Assembly (NCBI RefSeq): GCF_964355755.1
Contig: NC_092675.1
Coordinates: 16,154,912-16,218,911 of the forward strand
Direction of reading: 5' to 3'
DNA: 64,000 nt
Source of the DNA: Antedon mediterranea
Taxonomy: Eukaryota; Animalia; Echinodermata
How positions within the stretch are numbered: the first letter of the stretch is position 1; each line of letters begins with the position of its first letter. The notes under the pieces are model-generated. The model was not told where the DNA came from. It saw nothing but the letters and a program-made list of their open reading frames with translations, and searched no databases. Both the position numbers and the translations under genes were made by a program. Below, piece after piece: positions 1 to 15,200 of the stretch.

Positions 1-258
1 GAACTTCAATTATCATGGCGGGATTTAAAGTAAATTAAGATAATAGGGGGCGTACGGATTATCTATTTTTTTCTACCGTTCCTATCAGTCATGTGCTGTG
101 ATTGACCAATCATATTTGACTGTCCTGGCTTAAATTCTTAAATAAATTAACTTTAGTTGCAAATCATTACTCCATAGGACGGTTATTATACAACAACCGA
201 AACTTCGAGATATTACGTAGTGTATTGTAAACATTATACTAGGCCTAAATAAGGAACG

Positions 259-3200
259 ATGGTATGTCTAATAAATGTAAGTCGAGTTATTTCGACAGCT
301 CTCCAAAAGTTATTTTACAGGTAAGTACGGTAAACCTTTTAATTACATACTATAGGCATACTATAAACTATAGAGTCTATGCGTTCACATTATTAATTTC
401 AATTTAAAAGGAAGATTATCTCTGTGTATGTTTCTTAAAAACAGAGAAATACCCCCACTTTAAACGTGAGTGGACGTAAGGTTCTTGTCAATGAGAGTAT
501 ATATATATATATATATATCTTGAATACCCTAATGTATATCGAAATAGGTCTTTTCGTTGTCTATAAAATCTTAATCTCAAATTTGATGATAGAATTGGAT
601 GGTTTACTGGAAGAAACCCGTATACTTGCATTGGTGTCTGTCTGTTAGTAACGTTCCTACTTGGATTCGGAATTACAGTCCTAAAGGAGGAGCATAGAGG
701 AGACAAACTGTGGGTGTCAGAAGACTCACCAAATCAAGCGTACTATAGACACATTCAAGAGAATTACAAAGATCCATTTACTGAAGAATTAATCATAACC
801 AGCCATGATATATTAACACCTGACTCGCTGAGTTCGGTAAGTCTACAACTAACCTAAACTCAAAACTTAACTCATAGTAGAGACCTACCAGCATGATTGG
901 ACGCAGAGCGTGTACCCCAACTCACCCCTTCCTCCCCTCCACACTTCCCTTCTACGATTGTAAATTGTTAACTTTAATTTGGTAAATACAGTAGTAAGGC
1001 TTAATGTCATGAAACAGTTTTACGACATATAGATATATTCGTTTCTTCATATTTGTTTAATCCTACTTAGGCCGACGTTAAGATCCGTCATAATTCAGAA
1101 GATCCATCTAAGCTATGAAAATGTTATAGAACAGCCTAATTTTAGTACGGCTTTGTTACTAATTGTTGGTGTGACTATGCACAGCAAAGCGGAAGCTTTG
1201 AAGCAGAAAACGATATAACATCATCTCAAATAAAGTATTCATGTTGAAACAGATGTTATGTCTATATCTAATACATAATGTAAATGTACGTCTTTTAAAT
1301 TGAAACAGTTATGATTAAATCAATTGATGTATGTACCATAGTAAAAATCTTAATATCGTTTCCGTAATTATGCGTTCTTTTATCAGATGTTATTAATTGA
1401 TGAGACTGTAAAATCAGTGAATGTTGGCAAATCGTGGGATGAAATATGCTATCGGTACGTACACTCTAGACAATAATATGCGCGTATAATAATAACTTGT
1501 TATATTTTTTTTTAAATAAGGAATTACATCAATAAAAATAATGTGTTCGTATATGTCCCTTTAAGACAGTTCTTTCGCTACTGGCGATAATAAATATCTA
1601 ATAAAAAAAGAACGTTACTCTCACCTATTACACCTATTATTTTTCACAAACATTTAACAATTCACATTTAAACTATCCATTGTAATACAAACAAGCATAC
1701 TTTTTAATTCGGTATATTGAATGTAGTTTATAAGATTAACGTTTTTGTTAACGTGTATTTAATAAGATAATTTTCGAAAATGTGGTATTGTTTATTTATC
1801 ATGCCTGTCTACTTCGAAAAGGGATGTTTAGAAAAACACTAAATATTCTTACAAATGGAATTTTTGTTTGATTTGTTAGGGTTGGAGAGTTTTGTTACAG
1901 TTCAAGTATTTTAGAAGTTTGGGGGTTTAATAAAAGAATTATCAATAACCTAACACGAGAAGATATCCTAGATAAAATAAATGCCTTACACGTTTTCAGG
2001 TAGGTTGTTTGTGTGTGTGTGTGTAAATCTTGCTTGGTCAACATTGTCAGTATCACCTTTAACAACATTATAAACATCAGCATCAATGTGTTTTACCAAC
2101 GAGTTATCATCATAGCCTACTGGCATCACCATCAAAGCGTGTTGGTTTTGCACTGTGTCAATCATTAATGTATTCATTTACTTTTATTTATCTATTTTAA
2201 TTTTATTTACTAGTTTGTGTAAACCTTCGAGCTGAACCAATCGGCCAGCTGATTCAAAGGCTCTCTTTAAAATGATAAAATATAAACACCACTAAACTAA
2301 ATTAAACTCTTTAAAATACAAAACAAGAAGAAAAAACAATGTAGGCCTAATATACATATCTTCATATATTTTTGTGTCCTCTTTCAAGTCCATTAACCTC
2401 TCGTAACGTAGATGTATTGGCGTTGCTTGGCGGCGTTCAACGCGGAAAGAACGGTGATATTATTTCAGCAGAAGCCGCCGTAGTAACCTATGGACTACGT
2501 AAAAGTGACGTAGACCAAGACAAGACTGATACATATGTAAGCATACATCGTACACATCGATCGTTATGAAAAAATATGTAAATACATTATGATTAATATT
2601 GATTGATTTAAGTTTAGTTTAGTCCATGAGTTATAATTAATTTCATTGCTTTACTATATTTCCCAGGTTGGTGATGACGTAACAAAATGGGAAACCGAAT
2701 TCATAGATTATATTGGCAAACGTAACTATGGAAACCTAAATGTCACTTTGTTTGCTTCCACAAGGTGTGTATCATTTGATAGTAGGTCTATGGTTGTAAA
2801 GATATCTGACGATGTCATGTCGACTAAAGTTCTGTCTAACGCTATCAAACTAGTTTGACAAAAAGTGTGATATGCCCAAAAATATGACGCCATTGTGTCC
2901 AATATGGGCACATCACATTTTGTTTTTACATGAAGTTTGATAGTGTAGACAAATCTTAATATGATATTGGCGACAATGATAATAATACGGTAACTAAGGA
3001 GATGATAATGACGACACTTCATATCATTATTGGTTTTTTTTAGCCTTGATAGAGAATCATCTGACGCCATCAAAAACGACATATTTTTACTTGCAATAGG
3101 CTATTGTTTGTTGTTCGTTTACATCATGGCGATGCTGGGACAATTCAGTCTTATTGAACACAAGGTATTGCAGTATTCTCATATCCCTCTGATAAATAGA

Positions 3201-6200
3201 TATATTTCTATGCGAGACGGGCCGCTATCAATCTAGGAATGCTAAGCCAGTTTCTTATTATTATTTCTAAATGATCTAGATCCAATGGCAGGATGCAATA
3301 GAACACAGAGTACGCCCTTTGCATGCCTCTACCTGATACAAACATGTAGGCATATTTACCACAAAATTACATTACAACCCCACCCGAGGGAATCGCTTGC
3401 AAATAGAAAATCAACTAATAGCTTTGGCTTTATTCCTGGCCCAGATCAACACTGTATACAGCATTTCTGCAGACAGGAACGTGTATAACTTGCTATAGTT
3501 TTATAGATAGATACCTCTTGGCAGTAGCAGAATCGTCTGCTGTATACCACAAGTAGACCATACACTAATAACAACACAGGCTATATTGTCTTATGGTTAT
3601 ACATTTCAATACAGTAAACACTATTTGCTTTTTCAGATCTACGTATCTTTGTGTGGTATATTTACAGTAGTCATGGCGTGTACGGTAGCAATTGGATTAT
3701 GTTCCATTCTAAGAATTATGTATTCTGCAACGAATTCCATTTTACCATTTCTTCTACTTGGTGAGCAATTCAATCTTTTTCGAAATTGTATTATTTAAGA
3801 TTTCTATGTAAGTTAAATAGTAAACTACAATAATAATATTACAAGAAATGGAGTTAAAATCGTATAAAATCTATCAATACTTAATAAATGTACCATACAC
3901 CACTTCTTTCATTGTTTACAAAACGTTAGTCAAGCTAGACGTATAAAAGCAGTGCCAATGTAGGCTTTATGATCGGTGCAGAGTGAGATTGCATTATGGA
4001 TTTTGCTAATCCAACCAATTCTCTCAGTTCTTACAAAAACAATGTGTTGATATACTGTACAATTTTAATTTTAGTTTGTACTAATTACGTAAAATTTAAA
4101 ACTAATTGCAAAGTAGGAAATTATGAGACTTCATTTACATGATAGGTTCGTTATCATGGCCTAATTCTACATAACTTCAATATAGTTCTTATAATCTATA
4201 ATAATATAAGACTAGACCTAAATATTTCCCATTTTGCAGTTTCTAGAAAGATCTACATTATTCAGGGGATAAGAAGCTGTCTTTAAAACTGATTTCACTT
4301 AAAGGATATAGGTCAATTCGATTTAAAGTAAACAAAAAGATAAAATAAATTAGGCCTAATACAGTTGGTGAAATTCTTTAAGATCTTTATTGTATTGAAG
4401 AAGGTCAAGTCTTCGTCTTACATCGTTTGTTCCCAATATGGCTTCTTGATAATTCTACTATCACACCCTATCATTTATCTAATTACGTTATCATTCTTCA
4501 TTCATTCATTCATTCAATACTATGTAGGCCACTGGCCTAAGTACATTAATAGAAAATAATACATATTATACAATTTAAGTATAAAGTAGTAGTAACAGCA
4601 AAATAATTAGTTCTCTTTTTATATATACGAAAAAGGCAAATCTTACCGGGTTATTGATTACTTTTTTCTTTTTGTTTTTCATTAGTAAATTAAACTTTTT
4701 ATTTGTTGGTTGATTAAAATAATAAGGTTTTAAAAAGTAGTATCTAATTTCGTTGTAGTAGGCCTATGGACATACTAAAACAAAATGATATTCGTTTTCA
4801 ACCTTTTAAATTTGCAAACTTACAGATTCGTTTTTCCCTTTCAATTCCCTTTTCGTTTTCAAGATCTAAAATTCCTAATCTTAAAGGCCAGGTGCGGGCA
4901 AAAAAATAATAATAATAAATAACATTTATAAAGCGCAAGAGACAAAGGTTTCAAAGCGCTGTGTTTTCCAAGATCTGTGCAAGTAGTAGCGTGTGATTAT
5001 GCTTCTCTGAAGAGATGAGTTTTGAGTTTAGTTTTAAATGTGATTACAGATTTTGATGAGCGTATTTCGAGGGGTAGAGTGTTCCAGAGTTTTGGGGCTG
5101 CGACAGCGAAAGCACGATCACCGTAAGAGTTCTGGAACGGGGTCCAGGTTTTAGAAGAAGTCTGCTGGATGAACGAAGCGTAGAGTTTGTTGACGGAGTA
5201 ATGATGTCACATATGTAGGCTGGAGCACATCCGTTGATGGCCTTATATGTCAGCAACATGATTTTAAAACGAATGCGCTGATCTACAGGCAACCAGTGTA
5301 AGTCACGTAAAACGGGAGAAATATGTTCATGTCGTTTAGTGCCAGTGATAAGTCTAGCGGCGGAATTTTGGATTCGTTGAAGAGGAGACAGATAAGAAGT
5401 TGGTAGGCCGTACAGAAGCGAGTTATTACAGTCCAGACGAGATGAAACAAAAGCATGAACAAGACGTTCAGTTGATGTTTTGTCAAGGTACTTACGAATC
5501 TGGCCGATCTGGTAAATTCCAAAGGAAGCACCACGGCAAACATTACGAATGTGTTCTTTTAAACTGAGGCTGTTGTCTAGTTGGACGCCAAGATTTCTGA
5601 CACTAGTATCTCCGATATGGACCAAAGGAAATGTTGATGCCTCACGGAACTTTGAATGAAAATGGATCATTTCAGTCTTGGAGTCGTTGAACATGAGTTT
5701 ATTTTGAATGGCCCATGAGCGAACATCTGCGATGCATGATTCAAGGCTGTTAACAGATTCAGAATGATGTGTAGGTTTCATGATTAAATATAGTTGAGTG
5801 TCATCTGCATAGATCATATGACGAACTTCCGGGTGGGAATCAATGATGTTGCTGAGTGGTCCAGTGTATAAGATGAAATCGAGTGGACCTTTTACGGATC
5901 CCTGCGGTACACCCCAGGGTAGAGCGAACTCATCAGACATCGAATCACCCACAATGATTGCTTGTCTACGATTCTCAAAATATGAAATAAACCATTTCAA
6001 TGCGGTTCCGCTTATGCCGTATATTGATCATACATTCCAATAATTATCGATCTATAGTTTCCCCTATGTTTCATAATTTGTGCGATTTTATTTGTGTTAC
6101 ACGAGCTTGTTGAAAATAAGCACTTTCTTATCAGTGGGGGGATAGTTCAAATTACACAGTAAAATCTCTATTCTTTTGTACATAAATTTTGTAAACAGAG

Positions 6201-9200
6201 AGGCATTTTAAAAAGCTATGAAAAATAAACGGTGTAGTAAAAAATGTTATCAGACTATCAGACTAAATACAGGTAATATAACTTGAATATTACATTTCTG
6301 ATATTTGTATTCAACTTGCATCGCCCAACATTCTTCATTTCACCCAACCTTTTTAATTTGAAACTCATAGCATTTTTTCATATCAATCTTACTTTACTTG
6401 TGCTTTTCATCGGGAAAACGCCCCATTTCTGAAAGACCTGAAAGATTTGTGGCATTATTTCCAATTCCAAGGGCATATCTACAAACTGGTGTGTACCTTT
6501 TCAACACTCTTTAAACTATGAAATCCCCATATGTCTGAGCCATGGGTGAGTATTGGTATTATTTTCAAATCAAATATAATGGTTCCATTCCGATTAGCAG
6601 CAGCAGGTAAGTATGCTGATGCTGAACTTCATTGCAAATAATGCATTTTTTGCTAGACAATAGTCACAACAGTATCTATTGTATTATTCCACTTTCCATT
6701 TGCACTAAATACAACCCCAAGATACTTATACGAATCAACAATTTCAATGAGGTTTCCTTTATAAAACCATTTTCGATACTTCTTAGTTTGCCTCCATTTT
6801 TAAATACTTTTTTTTGTTTTTTCTACATTTACAGTTATTCCCCAGTCATCACAATATTTACCCAAGATGTTAATGAGTCTCTATAAATCTTTAACAGTGT
6901 CTCCTATTAGTACAAGATCGTCTGCAAATAATAAGTGATTATTACAATCTCTAACCTGTATTTTATCAGATTGTTTTGTAGAATTTAAATTAACACTTAA
7001 GTCTTGTTGAAAGATATCAAATATTAGAGATGATAATAGTGACCCCCGTTGTATTACCAATTTCATTTTTTAGGGAATCCGATAATTTATTTTCAATTTT
7101 AATAAAAGACTTTAGCTTTGAATAGAGTGAATTAATTACAATTAAAATTTCACCTTGCATGCCAGGTCTTTAAATTGTAAGTAAAGTAATTGTGGTTTAT
7201 TGAATCAAAGGCACATTTTAAGTCGACAAAAGTAACAGAAATTCTGCCCCGTTTGTTACTAAGATATTTGGATACAATTGTGTTCAAAATAAATATATTG
7301 TCGAGAGTTCGATCCTTTCCTAAACCCGGCTTGCTCCTGGTTCAAAATGTTACATTCATCTGTCCAGTCTATGATGATATAATAGAAAGCCTTAGCTATT
7401 GTTGGTACCCCTCTATAGTTTTGAGGTTCAGAACTATTCCCTCTTTTGTGTTCCCACTGACAAATATTAAATTAAACTTTGGAACATTTAATATTTCGCT
7501 CGTGATACCATCAATACCCGTGGCTTTACCATTTTTTGTTCTTTAAATGCACTTATGACTTCGTCTAATTTAATTTCTGAGTTCAATATATGACTGATAC
7601 AATATAATTACTAAATTGTCGATGCCATTCCATTAATGAAATTTGATGGATTATTTTTTTCTTCTCGGAGGTTTAGCCAGAATCTTTTATTATCGTTATC
7701 TTTGAGGAGTCTTATTATGTTTTTCCTTTTTGTTTTGTAGTAGTCTATTCTTTCTGTTTTAATTTTTTTTTTTTTTTTGTCTTGTGTGAGTTCATCTCAC
7801 GTTTATTTAAATTCTCATTGGTGAATATATTATATATATATAAGTACATTTGTGACAATTAAAAGTAAGTGTTTAAAGTAGTTAAAATACAGGTATATTT
7901 ACATAATAAGATGCTTGAATTCAGTATTAACCATATTTGTTTTCATTAAAATTTTAGATACGGTGTTAATTAAAATGTAAAAATGAAAAATGGCGGTAAA
8001 ATACATGATTAAAATTTTCTTGTTAAACTATCTTATTTGTGATCTTATTTGTGTTCGAGTAGAGAGGCTATAAACTCAGGGGAGGAAAATGTAGTATCCT
8101 CCCTTTTCACCAAGATAAAAAGGATGAAATGAAAAAAGAGGAATGCAAAAGTTTGAAAGTTAGACATTTAGAATGATAGCATGCAATGATATATTTAATG
8201 AAAACCGTAAGGTTAGAATCCATACACTGTGCAAGTCCAAGATGCGATTTTGGCTCTGTGCGTATGTGAGACGCTTCATACCCGATGTCACCTTGGTACA
8301 ACTACTATTTACAATTTGTATTTACGATATAAAATATTGCAAATATAGAAAAATATATATATTGGACAAATACAAATACATGCAGATAACATTGACATGT
8401 ATACAATATGAATATTGCAAATATAGAAAAATATATATATATTAAAAAATAAATACCAATAATTACAGATTTCATATAAGTTATTAAAATTGTCTAAAAA
8501 CATAATCAAGGGTTACATTTAAAATCACTTGAAATAAAAAAGGGCTACACATTTATATTAAAACTTATACAGCATATGTCACACTAATATAAAATACAAT
8601 TGTAAAACGTAGGGATAGAGATCTCCAGCACATATATTTTAATTATTCAATAGGTCAAATATCCAAATGTGTTTTTCATTTTCTATATGATTCTTACACT
8701 TATTACATTTGTCTATTGTGGATAATTTCCATCTTTTTTGGTTTTTTTTACATATAAGGATTCGATGTAACAAATTAAAATTAAATTGAGCTACTTTTAC
8801 TGTGTTTCATTCTACATACTTTTCTATTCCATATTTCATTCCAGTCAATAATTTCATCTCTAAATTCTATTTCCCATTTCATTTGAGGATTTGGAATAAT
8901 ACATATATCATTTATAAACTGCTTATAATAGTAAGACGATCTTATCCTATTATGAAATATATTATGTTCTCTTAATTGTATATCTATGCGTGCATTTTCC
9001 AACCTTATTTGTTCTTTCCATATATCAGGTATTGCATTTATTGTTGCAAAGTATTCAATTAATCCCTTCTGTTTATTCGACTGAGTTGGAATAATTTCTG
9101 CTGCAGTCAATAACCTGTTATTAACGACTATATCATTTACTCTTTTGTATCCAGAGTTTAACCAGGTGTTGAAATATAGAGATTTTCCCTCAATTGATGT

Positions 9201-12200
9201 TATAAATTTGTTTTCCCATAAGTTTTGTGACTTAATTTCTTGTAAATTTTGCGGTTCTAAACAATATACAATATTGTTTAACTTTACAGCTGCTTTCAAC
9301 ATATTCATATAAAATACTGGCATATTTTTTAATTTAGTATGTGCTTCAGTATTTAATTTGCTACAATTCGCAGTATAATCAACTGGATGCATATAGTAGT
9401 TTGGAATACATTTCCAAATACCAGGGTTAGAATTTAACAGTCCCTTAACCCAACTCCACTTCAGAGAGTCCACTAAGATATTAAAATTCACCATATTTAT
9501 ACCACCTTTATCTACTGTGTTTATAAGAGTTTTTCTTTTAATTTTTTCACTTTTTCCTCCCCACAAAAATCTATATAACAATGTATCAACTTTTGGAAAG
9601 ATATAAGATGGTACATCTATTATACAAGTATTGTATATTAATTTCGAAATGGCAAGAGATTTTATTACTGTTACCTTGCCATTCGTTTTTCCCATAGTTT
9701 TAGTGTATTCTCTAATTTTAAAGCTGTATCATCCCAATTTCGTTTAACACAAGTATGTTTATCATACCCTACGTAGATTCAAAGGAATTTCACTGGTTCT
9801 TTGGTCCATTTGATATTAAATGGCGATGTTTGTTTGTTTTTAATTGCTCCAATCCAAATTCCTTTCGATTTACTTTTATTTAACCTTAAACCTGATATTG
9901 AACAGAACATTTCAATTTCACACAGAAAATGGTTTAAACTAATTTCATCCTTTGTAAATATTACAGTATCGTCAGCTAGTTGAGCTATTTTAACAATATG
10001 ATCTTCATTTTCTACTTTAGATAATTCTATTCCTTTACATAGTGGGTTTTTTCTTATATTAGTTGCCATTATCTCAGCAATTAATACAAAAAGTAAAGCA
10101 GACAAAGGACAACCATGTCTTACACCACATCTCATATTGAATCTTTCAGATATCCAACCATTGTGGGTTACAAGGCATAGCGTATCTGTATATATAGTTT
10201 TTATCCAGTTAATAAATGACTGTCCAAAACAATATTTTTTGAGACATATAAACTGTTTTAATTTTTTAATGTAATTGTCTTTAGTATTTATATATATTTT
10301 TAACAATTCCTTTGTTCGAAAATGTCTAAACTGTGATAATTTTCTTTTGTGTTATGTTATGTTACGTTATAAAATAAATTTATACAAACGTTTTGAAATA
10401 ATATTACAACATCTCAAAATATTGACCCTTTTACAATATCTACATAAAATATTATTGTCTTTCTCTTTTTCCCTCTTGTGGGGATTTCGCCTACCTTATT
10501 TCTTGTATAAAAATGCATATTTCATTTTATATACCGTAATAAGTGTATATTGTATCGTTATATTTATATTCTTCATTTGTAACGTGTTCATTAATATATT
10601 TCTCTACTCAACTATATTCATACAGGTGTAGGCTATATAACTTTTATTATACATACATTATGAAAATACAATAATAATAATAAATTATATTACAGTATTT
10701 ATATTCTCATAAATCATTATAAGTAGGCCTACATATTTAAACGCATTTCTCACCTAGACAAAATGTTATAGTCTTAAAGATTTGTTTATTTTTACACGAA
10801 GGATATAAACTAGGTCATGTGAAAAAGATTTAAAAAAAATAAGAAATACTGGTAGTTGTGAATACTGAGTCTTGAAATTTACATTCTATTAGAAGTAAAT
10901 AGGCCTATTTTAAGTCCTAACTATGGTATAAAAACTCCTAATCTTTCATTCGTGCGTGTATAATCTTTGGTTTAGGTGTGGGTGTCGACGACATGTTTGT
11001 AATTGTACAGTCTTGGGAAAATCTAAGTTTAGAAGAAAGGACCAGACCAGTGCATGAAAAATCCGCCATTGCCACGCAAAATGCTGTAAGTTAGCAGTAA
11101 CAATAACATCATCATTTAATTTCAAGGCTTCAACAGTTAGAAATTTCGTCACACAAATCATCAGTTTGTAGGTCTATTAATGTAGACGGATTATCATCAA
11201 AATACACTAATCGTATTTCATTAAAATGTTTTTCAATGTTTTAACCCATTACAGGGTGTCTCAATCACCGTAACATCGGTAACCGACATGATCGTGTTTG
11301 CAGTTGGAGCGACCACCATTTTCCCTGGATTACGTTCGTTCTGCCTCTACTGCGGTGTAGGCATCTTCTTCTTGTTCATCTTTAGTATACTGTTTTTCTC
11401 GTCCGTACTAGTTTTAGATGAGCGACGCGTTGACAGTAGACATGACGCATGTATTTGCTGCTATCGTCACAGAGATGACTATGAACCGCCGAAATGTGCT
11501 AAACGCCAACTTCTTCAAGAGTTTTTCGGGAAAATATACGCACCTGTACTTATGAAGTTATCCGTTAAGGTGGGTATCTTCAATATGTTATGAACAATAT
11601 AGAACGGTATAAGATTTGCACTATATTATATTAATAAATATTAATTGTATGCACTAGCAAATAATATTCCTTGGCACTAGTCACTAGCAATGTAATGTTA
11701 CTATTCTTCTTTTGTTAGGTATTTGTTGTTGTAATAACTGTTATCATGTTTATATTTGGGACATTTGGAACATTAAATATTGAGCAACATTTCGATTTTG
11801 CTTTATTTGTTGCGCCAGATAGTTACGTCAATGAATTCTTTGATTTGAGGCAAAAGGTTAGTCAACTTTGAATTTATGCCAACACATTGTCCAGATGTTT
11901 CCCATTGATAAAAACAAAACAAAATATGTTGACTTATAAATAAAAAAAAAAAACATGATACATTTTTTATACGGCTTTACCACGTTGAAACACCGGTTCT
12001 CAGATCACTGAAGTTAAGCAACGTTGAGCCTGGTTAGAGCTTGGATGGGAGACGATCTGGGAATATCGGGTCCCGTTTATTAGGCATTTGAAATCAGCAC
12101 TGCTGACTCTTATGGCAGCCCCTGCATCTAGTATCTGCCTCAGACGTATTGGCTTATGCCTTTCCTCTGGTCAAGGTGGGCACTGGACGAGAGAAGTCCT

Positions 12201-15200
12201 TGATCAATGTTAGGACCAATCAAGTCCTGGCTTTGTTTGTATCAAACCTGTTAGTGGCGGTAATTATCGCTGTTGGTTTCGATTGAATAAAATTTAAAAA
12301 AAATAATAATAATAATAATTGTGATTAAGAATAGTATAGGCTGCGAGTGTGCTATTGAGCCATCCCCTCTCTGAGGAGAACAGTACAGTCCGGAAACAGT
12401 ATCAATTATGAATATAATGCCACTAGAAAATCTACCCGCCATAAGAATGAATGAATGTAAGCATCTATTAGTACGCTACGATCGCTGAATTGATTCCGAA
12501 AACACGATGATGTGTGGTTACAATATGAATTGTAGTCAGTGTAGCTAATCTTTAGTAATTACAACTTTTTTTCCACACAGTTTTTTCCTGAAAGAGGATC
12601 ACAGTCAGCCATATACTTGCCAAACGTTCGTTTATTTTACGAGCAAGCTGCCATCGAGAACCTTTACCTAAACGCGCGTAAAGACGCATTTATTGCGCCA
12701 CTGTCAGTATCGAGCTGGTACCAAAGTTACGCACAATGGATTCTAGTTAATAAAGAAGACTATGACGATTTTGATAAGAATGTGAAATGGCCAAAAACTG
12801 AAGAAATATTTTTTGATTGGGTTAGTGAATTTCTGAACTCAACAACCGGGAAACGATATGCAAATGACGTTGTATTCGATAGAATAACTTCAAAATATGT
12901 CGTAAGTATTGAAGTTAGTTATTATTGCATATAACATGAGATGTAACACTTACGGTACTGTAATTAACAAATAGTATGAGTATATCAATATTTTTAAAAC
13001 CTAAAGACGAATATGCAATGATGAAGAAATGACGAGTGCTGACGACGGTGATCACAACCTTTTCGACAATGAGATAGATGCTGATGATATCAATGAGATA
13101 TATGCTGATGATATCAATGAGATAGATGCTGATGATATCAATGAGATAGATGCTGATGATATCAATGAGATAGATGCTGATGATATCAATGAGATAGATG
13201 CTGATGATATCAATGAGATAGATGCTGATGATATCAATGAGATAGATGCTGATGATATCAATGAGATAGATGCTGATGATATCAATCGTATTATCTATTT
13301 TAAACATTCGTTTTTCAATAGTCTTCGCGTATCACTTTCAAACACATTGTACTAGACAGTTCGGCGGAGGAATTAGACGCAGTATCCAGTATACAACACA
13401 TCATTGACGGAGCAGGATTTAAGTACGAAAACGGAGCGTTTGCCTTCTCTAAGCCATATTTATACTATGAAACAAACAGGGTAATATTTACTATTTTTTA
13501 TCGTTCTACAATATTGGTAAATATACGGAAGTATTTGTGATTTAATGTTTACTTTCCAAAACACTGATTTTGCAAAACCATGTGGAACTATTTTGATGTC
13601 ATTGAGATGAACATGTCCAAACTGATCATTTAATAACTGTTACATATTGTCTATTTTAAATGAGCATTTTTTTAAATAAAGCTTGCCGATAACAACAATA
13701 ATATGCTTTCATCTTAATAGATAATTAAGAAGGAATTGTGGAGGAACTTAGGCCTAGCGTCTCTGTGCGTCTTAGTAGTTGTTTTACTGCTTCTTGCAAA
13801 CGTCAACGCAAGTCTTCTAGTCTTCTTCTCTGTCATACTGACGTTGGTAAGTTTAGCTAAACTGAATAAGCGAAATTAATGTTATAGATTCTACTAAACG
13901 ATTCTCCTCCTCACTCTTCGTTATTTTATTTTTTAAGGTCAATGTGTCTGGGTTCATGTACTTCTGGGATATCAAAATTGACGTAATTGTCACCATGTTA
14001 TTTATACTGTCGGTTGGCATTGCTGTCGATTATGCGGCGCATATAGCTCATACATTTATGACTGTGACGGGAACAAGAAATGGTCAGTTAATTAATGTAT
14101 TCATACGACCAATTTACACAGACGAGCGGTAACGGTAATAAAAATATAGAATCTATGTTATTCCTAATATGACAATTTACACAAAGCGCGGAGCGGACGG
14201 GCGGTTTCAGTCGATGACAGATATACAGATTCTATGTGGGACAAGCTACGCGGTTTTCCGCTTACCATTACCGCTCGTCGTGTAAACTGGCCTTTATAGT
14301 ATTCAAAAGTAATATTATGCTTTAATTACAATCCGAGAGTCCTGGTCATAAAACACTTATCTTAAACCATGGTTCGCTCTTGGACGCAACGCAAGAGGCG
14401 TACACGCAACATAAGTGACCAATCACAAGCGACAACTCGTGCGAAATCTTGGTCAAACTACACGTATGTACTTATGTTCTTGCGTTGAGTCCTTTCTATT
14501 GGAAACCAAGATTTAGCGTCTAATCAATCACTATTAATTTTACAACGAACGAGCTTAGTTTCGTATCATGTAAGTACCTCTAAGTAGCCTCTTATACATA
14601 CTTTTTCTCACCAGAACGCACTTGTCATACTATGCGAAATATTGGGCCAGCTGTATTTAATGGCGGCTTTAGTACTTTCCTTGTTGTCATTCTCATGTCA
14701 CTGTCAAATGCCTACGTTTACCAAGTGTTCTTTAAAGTGAGTATAAATATTGATTATTATTACTACCTGTACAATATTTCAAATTAAATAGGCCTATCTA
14801 AAACACTAACAATTCACAACAATCCGTTAATATAAGGGGTTTTGTACAGGTTTTCTTATTAGTTGTCGTATTCAGCTTGTTTCATGGTTTGGTGTTATTA
14901 CCGGTTCTCCTAAGTTGGTTTGGACCATCTCCACTACCTCAATATTTGAATGAAGAGCCAACCACAGGAGAAGTCAAAGCCAAGGGAGAGGAATGTAAGG
15001 AAGAACGAGAAGCAGGAGGAGTTGACAACACGGCATTCGAGGTGGAGATTTGTACATCAAAAGAAGACGACCATGTTGATGTGGTTAGCAATGACGACGT
15101 CGATGATATTACAGAGAACGCTGAAGTCGCCTGTAAAGACGAGCTCTATATACAATGCGTTGAGGACGGCGAGACAAAGGACGATGATTCTAAGCAGAAC

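Noticed and set aside
11970-12085. Functional 5S rRNA gene
   Set aside because: Internal deletions, degenerate termini, solitary intronic position and continuation into a retroposon tail.
12915-13355. ORFs 12915-13307, 13029-13355 and 13052-13285 as independent proteins
   Set aside because: By-products of a stop-free 24-bp minisatellite within an intron.
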